A DNA stretch of 64,000 nucleotides from Calcarisporiella thermophila CBS 279.70 (taxonomy: Eukaryota; Fungi; Calcarisporiellomycota), in the NCBI RefSeq assembly GCF_041956535.1, contig NW_027192208.1, positions 149,036 through 213,035 of the forward strand, read 5' to 3'. This document shows positions 35,641 through 47,662 of this stretch, one piece after another. How positions within the stretch are numbered: position 1 is the stretch's first letter; the number at the start of each line of letters is the position of its first letter. The notes under the pieces were generated by a model. It did not search any database and was not told the DNA's origin. It worked only from the letters and a program-made list of their open reading frames with translations. A program made the position numbers and the translations under genes.

Positions 35641-38191
35641 ATGCATCCGCCTATAACTCCTCAGCGCCCCAGTTCCAAACCCAATCACCGTATCACGCCG
35701 AATAAATTCAACGATGACGAGGCTGAAAAGCGATCGCGCCGGCAATCTGCACTAGATCAGCGATTGCGGCGCGTGTCCAATCTGCTCCACACGCCCGGAA
35801 GCAATGGCCCATCCCCCCGAAGACCCATGAAACCTATTGATGTGGTCAATCCCAATACGCCACTACCAAGCTTAAGCAGAGAGCAAATGTACATGAATTT
35901 TGAGGAGTGGATGAAGATGGCAACCGATAATGTGCTTATCCAGAACTTTTTTAGTCAGGATGAACACCGTGCTAACCAAGATGTTGTGTGCTTTTTCATT
36001 GCTGTTAGAAAATCAATGCGACCAACAGTTGGAATTTTGCCCTTATCGATTATTTTCACGAGATGACGTTCCTCCGTGAAGGCAATTCCATCAATTTCCA
36101 AAAGGCATCATGCACGCTTGATGGATGTGTGAAAATTTATACATCGCGAGTGGATTCAGTGGTGTCAGAGACCGGGAAGCTGCTCAATGGGCTGGCCGAT
36201 AGTAACAGTACGCTTCTAGCTGCTCCGCTGTCTCGTGATGAAAGGACTCATTTTTTTTACTTATGTAACCACAATAGGAGAAGAAAGGGTATATGATGAC
36301 GATGAAGATGAAGATGGAGAGACTGAGCGCACCACTCGAAAGAAGGTATATTCACTTTTCCTTGAAGCCGCAGTATACGTTATTGAATTTTGCCCACTCT
36401 AGGCGTCACGCAGCGAAAATACTCTTGTCAAAGACTTCTCCGCTCTCACCCTCAAGAAGTTTGATCTTGAATTTGCGGTGGACCCCCTCTTTAAGAAGAC
36501 CTCGGCTGATTTCGACGAGGGCGGGGCCAGAGGGCTGCTGCTAAATCACCTGGGTGTAGACCGCGAGTGCCGTATTATCTTCGATGCGAGTGATGCCGTC
36601 GCTGAGGCGGATGATGAGGTGGAAGAGGAGGACGACGAGGAGGAGCAATCCAAAGAAAAAGAGCTGGAGCAAGTTCCCGTGCTACTCGACATGTCTGCGC
36701 TGGTGGCGAAACTGCCGACGAATCTATCGGAGTTAGTGTCTCGCGAGATCTGCCCTTCGCTGGCCGACTTCGAATTCTCATCCGAGGACACGGGCGATCT
36801 CTCCATGCTCAAACACTCTCTCCAGCAGGAGGTCGAGCAGGCTCAGGCCGCCGGGGAGGACATTGACGACTTTTTCGATTCCAACGAGCATCAGCCGTTT
36901 GTACCCCTGGGGCTCCAGGACGACGACGACGACGACGGGGAGGGCCTTGGCGGGGAGGGTGAGTTCGATCCGTTGGACTCGGGGCTCAATGCGGTCTCCG
37001 AGCGCGACTTTGTGATGGCCATGACGGGTGAACAAAACGAGGTGTTCTCCTATTTCGACACGAGGTTCACTCGCAACTGGGCGGGGCCGGAGCACTGGAA
37101 GCTCCATAGCCGAGTGTCGAAGGACACAACCAAGGCGGCGACCGGCGCCGACGGCGACGATCCACCTCCTCTTGAGAAGAAGCGGCGGAAAGAAAAGGAG
37201 GTGGTTGAGATTGATTTCATCAACGGGATGGACATTGACGAGGAGGTCCTCTTCGCGCCCGCCTCCAAGAGCTCCATCACACTCCCGGAGTTCAAGCCGG
37301 ATAAGGAGCCAACCCACCTGCTTCCGGACGATATGCATTTCTCCTCCCGACAATTGCTACGGCTTTTCCTTAAGCCATCCTTCTCCCTTCAGCGAAAACT
37401 TCGGAGGCCCGGCGGCCCTGTTGCCGAGGCGGGATGGGAGGGGGATGGGAATGGGTTGGAGATGGAGCCCGATGAGAAGTTCTGGGCTGCCGACCAAAAT
37501 GAGAACGGGCTCTTGGCGGATGGGGTGGACGTGTTCCGTACCGACCTTGGTATGTATTAAAAATATTTTCAGTGCTAGCTTTGGACATACTCATCCTTTT
37601 TTTTTTTTCCTCCACCAGCGACCGCAGATTCTCGTGATTCCGCTGATGCTCTCTTCAATGACGCGGAAGACTTGGAAGACGATATGATATTCGAGGACGA
37701 CCTGGCCGATCTAGGCGACCCGGTCATATCCCAAGCACGAAAAGTGAAGCCGCAGCAAATCAACTACGCCAGGATGGCCAAGAGAGTCGATGTTCGTAAA
37801 TTAAAGGAAAATCTATGGCGTGAGCTAATACATGATAGCAAGGTGAGCCTTTCGACCATTAAAAAATGCTGCTTTCACTTTTGCTAACTTTTGGCCTATG
37901 GAACCCTCGCTAATGTAGACCGAACCAACCAATGGTGATGTTGAACCTCTCCAAGACCCGGAATCCACAGAGGATGCCGACGACGGCACAGAGGTGGCTG
38001 GAGAGCAGCGCTTTTCCGAAATCGTGCAGGGGCTCAAGAATCGCTACACCGCGAATAAGATGCGCGATATTTCGGTGCCGTTCTGCTTCATTTGCCTGTT
38101 GCATTTGGCCAATGAGAAGAATTTAAAGATCAGCGAGGCCGGGGCAGATGGGGAGTTGAATGAGCTGGTGATTACTCAGGACTCCTTCTAA
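35641..38191 (+). CDS. BRN1: Condensin kleisin subunit (Barren/CAP-H), multi-exon
   Basis: FEEWMKMATDN|KINATNSWNFALIDYFH, NFQKASCTLDGCVKIYTSRVDSV, DPLFKKTSADFDEGGA, NWAGPEHWK, FICLLHLANE. Confidence 0.97.
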
Positions 38192-38613
38192 GGGCTTTGT
38201 ACCATTTATTTCTTTCCCTCTCCTCCTCTTTGCTCCCTTCCGCCGCTTGAAGATCAGGGTTAGGTTTTGTTCATGTGTATTTTGTGTTTTTGTAATTTTC
38301 TTTCTCTTTGGTCGATATCTTTTCTCACCTATTCCTAGTTCATATATGCTTTTCTTCTTTCTGAATTCCTGCTAATCTCATTTGTCTGCTTGTATTGGAA
38401 TAGCCTTTTTTTTCCTGTGCCTTATATACAACCTAATAGATTCCATACCTCCCTCTCTACTGGCCTTTCAGATATCCGATTTCAGACAGTGGCGGAGTCA
38501 GTCTTGAGTTGGAGCGAACAAATTCTGACGCAAAAAAAAAATAATAAACATCTCGAAGTGACATTCACTCCGATTCTTATTCTATCTTGCATCCATTTTA
38601 GATCATCATCACC

Positions 38614-40821
<2,208 letters not shown>

Positions 40822-41896
40822 GACATGATGGTGCGAAAGCTTAGGAGTTGTGATGGTGGAGTTGTTCCTATTTGTTTGAGAGTTCTTAAACGTCTGAAAA
40901 CCCAAGCCAAATAAACATAGAGAAACATAATTTCCCCTTAGTTTTTGGACATTTTCCGGGGCCCCGACCCTCTTCGGTTCTCGATTCACGTTACCAGGCC
41001 AGCGGCGGATTGACAGCTGGCGTGGAGAGGGGGGGGGGGGGTGGGGGCGGCCGGACTGTTGGGGCCGCCCATCCCCCTCTCTGCCGCGGCCCCGGCCGGA
41101 GAGCGAGGGCCCAGCCGACAAGAGAGCCGGCTCTGGCTGAGAAAGTTAGTGTTCAGCGCTGGGTTGTGCGCCGAATCCCTAGATCTGGGACAGTGCGCGC
41201 TTCTCCCGCACCCAAAAAGCTCGCGCGCGCGAGTACGAAAATTAAGGTTTAAAGTAATCAACGACGGCGTATAAATATATATACGTACCACGTGTTTTCG
41301 ATATTGTAAAAATTCGTGATGACCACGCGGGCCTCTGTGTAGCCATAACATTTGTTCCGCTTATTTTTTTTTTCCTGTCCTCGCCGCTCGTTCTGTTCCT
41401 CTCAACTCTCTCCTCAAACCTTTTTTTTTTTAATGCTGAGAAGTGGCTGGCGAACCATTATCTTTTGCAATTTTTCCGCAAGAGTAGTAGAGTCAGTTTA
41501 TTTTGCTCCCGTTTTCCCTCCCCTCGTGCTCCCCTTTCCTGGCCCCCCTCCCCCCCTCCCCCTCCTCTCGCCGCCCCCAACCGTGCGCCGACTTTTGCGT
41601 CCCCTCATTCCCCCCCGCAGCAAGCCGGCCCGCTGATCTCCCCTCGTCTCCTCTCGCTCGACCGCGGATTCCCCCGCTGCGTCTCCCCCTTGCGCTTCTC
41701 CGCCCGCCTTGTTTATACACACGCCCGGCTATTTATTCTCCACCTATCCAGATACTCCCCAATATCCTCTCTCTGTCCCTATTCTCTAGTATATCCGCCC
41801 CCCCCCCCCCCGCCCGTATATTCCCCATATAGCGTTCTGATTGTTTATACTTCGCCGCAATCATTTTGGCACTTTCAGAACACAGGAAACGGAGTC

Positions 41897-42270
41897 ATGA
41901 GTGATGACCGACATTACCAACCCTACGCCCCCTCCTCTAATGACTCCGCCGCCGGCTTCGATCCTCGGGTAGCCGCGCGTGATCGGTACCCGGCCGCCGT
42001 CGCCACCGCCCGCCTCCAGCAGCACCAGCAGCAGCACCAACAGCCTCAACTGCCAAGCTGGGATTCGCGGGGTTTGGACATGTTCCGGGCGGACATGATG
42101 TCCGGCGGTAAGATTCTGGCCTCTTGATTACGTGTTTAATGAATCAGCCATTGAATGTTGAAAACAGGATCCTGGCGGAGCCCTCAGCAGTCCATCGCCC
42201 AATTCTCCCAGCACTCCACCTCCTTTCCGCAGCAGCCCATTTCGGGAGCATTCTCGCCGCTCTCACACCC

Positions 42271-42302
<32 letters not shown>

Positions 42303-44408
42303 CGCACTCGCAGCAGTCTTCGCACCAATCGCAATCGGCCGCTCCATTTCAGCCCAGCTCACTCCGGCCCGCAGACAGCCTGTACGGCGGCGCGGGGAGC
42401 GGCTGGGAGAGCCAGCCGAGCGTGGTCTTGCCATTCATGTCCAATTCCGCTGGCTTCGACAGCGGCTTCGAAAGCCTGGGTGTGGGTGGGATGTCACAGG
42501 TGGGAATGACAGGACTGGAAGGAATGAAAGAAGGGGATCTCCTGGAACAACAGGGCGATACAGTAAGTGGTTCTCGCTTGCACGCCGATTCCCCCAGCGA
42601 GCAGTTGGTCTGATATCTCTTGCTTTTCTGCCTCGTAGGGAAGATCCACGGCTGGGTCAGAATACGGCCAGAGTCGCGAGTCGACAACCTATGGCCGAGC
42701 TATGGCTGGCTACTCCGGCCTGTCACCGAGTCTCACGCAGCAGACGCAGCAGCAGCAGCACGCACAGTCTCGCCAGGGGATATGGCGAAATAGCGGGAAC
42801 ATTCGCCCCTCCACGGCCATAGTTGACATTGCATCGCCGCAGACTCCGGCTCCATTGCCGCCACAACAGCCGCCCCCCCCGTCTCCTCAACCATTCCAGG
42901 TGGAGGGAGGGTTGGCGCGGCCTGGTCAGCAGTCGCAGCAGCAGCAGCAGCAGCAATCACAACATCAACAGCATCCTCACCAGCACCAACCTCAGCAGAC
43001 GGGGTATTTAAGTCATTCGCATGCTTCCATGTTTATGCATCCCGCCTATTCTCAGGACTCAATGCAGCAACCACAACCTAGAACACGACCACCCCCCATC
43101 AGCAGCAATATCATTCCCAGCCGTCGCCACAGCACCACACCTCCCCGCACCCCCCATCCATGCAATACCAGCACCCCCACCCGCGCTCATACACCATCAC
43201 CGCATCGCACCCATTCATCCCCACCGGCCCCTCCTCCTCCCCCCTCCCTCCCGCGTCCCCCCTCCCTCTCCCCACCAAAATCCCCCCCAGCGGCCCTTCC
43301 AGCCGCAGCCCCTGGCGCAGCCGCCGCCGTCGTCGTCGTGGCGATTTCACTGCGAGGAGCACGACCCGCGGCCCGACCCCCCCCACCCCCTCGGAAGCCC
43401 CCGCCAGCGCCGCACAGCAGGCCCACCTCCCCCCGTCCTCGCTGCTCCCCCAGCAGGTGAAGCCAGAGTATGGCGGCACGCGGCCGGCCAATGCGTTCAT
43501 GGTGTTCGAGGGGCGCCACGACGTGGGCGACACGAGAGGGCAGCCGATCCTTGGGCAGGAGTGGACGACGGTCAGTCAGGTAGGCAAACTTGCAAAGAGA
43601 AAGGCGAGGTCCCGCCCCGCTCCCCTGGGGCTGGACCTCCATTTAACCACGGTTTTCAATTGACTGTTCCCCTAATTACGCTCTGTCCTTTCAGCCCCGC
43701 CATGACCCCTTCCGTCAGCTGCAACCGCCCACAACGCCTAAATCGGCATCCCGGCTCTCGGACCACTCCCCCCTTGCTCCAATCCCGGGCGGGGTGGACT
43801 ATCTGGGGTCCCCCACCTCGGCCAAGCTTGAGCGGCCGACCATCAAGCGCCCAATGAACGCGTACCTAATCTTCAACCGGGACATGCGGCCCAAGTTGCT
43901 CGAGGAGAACCCGTCGATGTCAGTGTCGGAGCTGAGCCGTGAAATCAGCAACCGGTGGCACAACCTGGACAAGAAGGAGAAGGAGTACTACCTGAACAAG
44001 GCGCGCGCGCTCAAGGAGGACTTCCAGGCCGAGCACCCCTACTTCTCCTACCGCAAGCGCAAGTCCGACGGGTTCCGGGAGGGCGGCGAGGAGGACGACG
44101 GGTACCCCATGAAGCCGCCGACGCGCCGAGCCAAGAAGGACCCCGAGGCCCCCAAGCATCCCATGTCCGCCTTCCTGTTCTACCTCTCGGCGGTCCGCCC
44201 CGAGGCGGCGGCCGAGTACCCGGGCAGCACCGTCGGCGCCATCTCGAAGATCATCTCGGAGCGGTGGAAGGTGATGACGGCCGAGGAGAAGGAGCCGTGG
44301 GAGCGCAAGAGCCGCGAGGACAAGGAGCGGTACGCGCGCGAGCTACAGGAGTACCACGCCAAAAAACGAATGATGCGCATGGAGGAGGAGAGTGGCGAAG
44401 GCGGGTGA
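41897..44408 (+). CDS. Q/P-rich transcription factor with two C-terminal HMG boxes; introns 42108-42168, 42562-42638, 43580-43694; apparent frameshift near 43095
   Basis: IKRPMNAYLIF..ISNRW..HPYFSY and KKDPEAPKHPMSAFLFY..ISERWK..DKERYARE. Confidence 0.85.
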
Positions 44409-44430
44409 ACACGCTCACCCTTCACACACA

Positions 44431-44463
44431 CATATATATATTTATATATATATATATATATAT
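44431..44463. repeat. Interrupted (TA)n microsatellite in the 3' UTR
   Basis: Directly visible. Confidence 0.85.
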
Positions 44464-45250
44464 AAATACTCACCCCACGATCTATTTATACACAGACCCC
44501 CCCCCCCCAACGACGCGCACCCCTCTATCTAATATAGATATACCTCTATTTTATGCTTCTGTTTACCTTACTATTTATTTTAGAAAAAAAAGGGTCCTCT
44601 TCGTATTTCTACTACTATTTTTTATTAGCTGCATTTGTAAGATTAATTTATCCCTTTGCATTTTCCCCCCTTCTTCCCCCTCCCCCTCCCCCTTTTCTAT
44701 ATGAATAAATGTGTGTGTTATTTTCCCCCCATTTTATTTTTCTCTTCTTCTTTTATTTATCAGTAGGAAATATATATATATAGTAGGTATACCTTTTCCT
44801 TTTTTTTATCTTCTCTTTTCTTTCATGTGTTTTTTTCTTCTTGTCATAACGTGTGTGTTTAGACTTCTTTACATACTTCCTCCTTATAATGACGTTGTTT
44901 TTATTTATTCAAAAGACTGTGTTTTCTTGTCCCCTTTTCTCTTTCTCTTTCTCCCACTCACTCACTCTCTCTGGTATAAAGTGCTTTTCCCCGTTTTGTA
45001 ATTTTGGCTGAAAGCATCAAGAAACATTCGAACCGTCTGGCCCGGCGGTCTCGGATAAAAGGCAAATTTCATATTAGCTAAAAGAGGAGGGGAGGGGGGA
45101 GCGACGAGCTGAGACTCTGCCATTGCTATCGTGAGTCACCATTAGCAGAGTTGCGCGGGCTCTCCCTGCCGCTCTGGCCCAGGCTTCCGCTCGCATGAAC
45201 GATCTTCATATACTATAAAAATTAAGGTAACTTCGGTGATCAGCTCGATT

Positions 45251-45525
45251 AAGGGACGTGCATGCGGCGAAGGACAAATAAGTGGCTGCAGAGTCGCTGT
45301 ATGACACTGTCCTTCGAGCGGCAGAAGTCTAATGCGGTTAGTCTCTGCTCTCCCCCTTCACGCTCTCTGCGGTTGGGTTAAGGTGTGGCCGCTGCGTGGT
45401 CACAATTTCATATTGTTGTTTTACGGCCAGCCGAATTCTATCTGGGCCATGCCGGGCTTGGAAGGAGCGAGGGCAGGATTGAGTTAAGCTTCTTCGGAGT
45501 TGCAAGCTTAAAGCCTCTGCCGGTT
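45251..45525 (+). ncRNA. Candidate structured non-coding RNA of unknown class
   Basis: Several successive helices whose G-U pairs work only on the + strand; TATAAAA at 45214; lies between convergent genes; no ORF of 60 aa or more. Confidence 0.4.
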
Positions 45526-47662
45526 ATGGAGGGGGTTGTTTTCTTGTTTTCATTTTAGGTTGCGGGGCGAGGAAAACCAGTGTGTGTGAATCCGCGGCCC
45601 AGGCTGCACTGGGCGCCATCCGCCGAATGCGTCGCGGGCCTCTGGCTGGCCCTCCACGGCAATAGGAGCTCCAGAGGCCTAATGGGGAAAGCTGCAAACC
45701 ATAAAGGTTGCCCGCTCGCTTTGAGATTATCACCTGATGATAATCATTCCGACCCATGGGCAGAGAAAGCCAGTCATGGCCCGATGTGCAAGCCAGCAAA
45801 GTCAACTCCTCCAATTGGTGGAACCTCGCCCATGGCCGGCGGAATCCAAAGAGAAGCCGAAGAAATGGCTCATGGGGAGAGGAGGCTCTCCAGCCCACCC
45901 TCTGAGCAAGGTCCACGTTACCCAATGACGAGAGCTGCGAGCCCGCACCACACAGCGGCCCTGGGGCAATGGTCTAGACCGCCGGGCAGAGGGAGGTCCT
46001 ACGTAGGGCCAAGAAAATTAGGTTGTGTGTGGGATTCAGGAGATGAAAAAGGGAAGATGGATGGATTGCACGAAGCAGAGCAGGACTGCTTATAGTTAGG
46101 AAGAGAAGAAGGTTGCGCGAGCTAACCCTACCCCCGCAGGAGACGGGGAACAACTATTTAGCCGTAGCGGCGGCCGAGAGGCTCCGCAGGGGCCGCGGTA
46201 GCCCATACCTCCCCCCCCTCCCCCTCCCCCTCCCCCTCCTCGATACAGAGGCCCTCGTGCCGTCGGGCGGCTAGCCTAGGGCTTATCGTCGTAGAATTGC
46301 GGTTCCGTGGCACAGACCAAACAAAAACGAGCGATTATGTGGATGGGCCATCGATGAGTCTAGCCATGAAAATGGATACTTGGGTGGAGTTGCAAATATT
46401 TCAAAGCTCAGCAGAGAGGCCGATTTGGTTGGATTGTCGAGGGAGGCTTTTATTTTAATTAATGAACCGCGCATCTCGCCCCATCTGGTGGCTTTAAAGC
46501 TCCCCTTGCCCATCGTCCAAGCTTATGCACTCCCAAGCAGGTCGCTTCTAACTTAGTTGACATTCCTCCGGCAGATGACGTGTGTTTGACACCAGGCTTG
46601 GCCCCTAATCTCCTTCCGCCCCTTCTGCTCGCTCCCCTCCCCCCTGCTCCTTGTACAAACTACACTTCATCCAGCCACAGCTCTGTGTAAAACTCGGTGA
46701 CGTTTGCCGTTGTGAAAAGGTGACGACACAGCCGATGAGGCGTAGCCTCTCAGGTCAGAGTTCGATCGGTTGTCAAATGGAACACAGGAGAGGGGAGGGA
46801 GAATTTGTGAAAGCAACCTCTCCTTGCTGCAGGTTGGCTCCTTCGAATCGTAGGCGTCGCATGATTCCGGATGGTTTGCCTGCGCTCCCTGCTCCTCTTT
46901 CTTGTTGAACTTTGGTGAAAAGAGACTCAAGGTTTACTGAGGGGTGAGTTTGCAAAGGCATGAATCGCTCGTGAGGAGCGTGATGGTATCCCAAACCGCG
47001 AGTGGAGAGAGTGAAGGAAATCCCGCTGGGGAATACGGGCTGTGGCATCGTGCCACGGCGCCGGGCGTCCACTTCCCTATGAGGCCCTGCTCTTCCTCGT
47101 CCAGTGCGCGCCCCTCCTTGGTGTGGCAGTGCTACTTGGGCTTCCCTCCCTGCCTCCTGTTTCTTTTCCTTATATGTAGTATATGAATTTGGTCCGGCTC
47201 ATTTCCATGGCGGGCCTTGCCCGAGCGGGAGTGTCTATCTAACCTTAACCCCCCTCCCCTCTTCCGCGGGACTCAATCACGGAAAGAGAAGCAGGCTCGG
47301 GAAACGGGGGAACTCCGTCGAGTAGGTTCCTTCTGTTTTCCCGCAACGAGAACCAGCCGCGGGGGAGGGGACAGAGGGGAGAGGCAGCGGGTAGGGTGGC
47401 TGGCGAAAAAGGAAGTTTTCATTATCATTGTCGCGCAAACATAACCGCCTCCACCTAACAACTAATCAAGCAAATTAAACAGATGATCTGGATCGAATAT
47501 CTAAAAACAGGTAAACAAGCAACAAAGTAAAGGGGGAAAAAAAACAATAGGGAGGAAAACGATGGATACAATACAATAAACACATTGAAGACGTAAAAAA
47601 AAAAATAGCTAACACAAAGAAACCCATTGTCATGAGGCCGACACCTTAAAAAAAAGGTAGCC

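Noticed and set aside
45251-45420. U11, snR30, SRP or RNase P/MRP identity for the structured region
   Set aside because: 5' AAGGG recalls U11 but there is no Sm site or AUCAAGA loop; AAACCAT (45696) lacks m1 and ACA; no SRP helix 8 or CR-I/CR-V match
45734-45768. CTGATGA...GAAA hammerhead-like core
   Set aside because: No stem II between the motifs and no stems I/III; CTGATGA is part of the GATA inverted repeat
45580-46095. 171-aa ORF and neighbouring ORFs in the orphan interval
   Set aside because: GTG start, no recognisable motifs, composition typical of chance ORFs in GC-rich DNA
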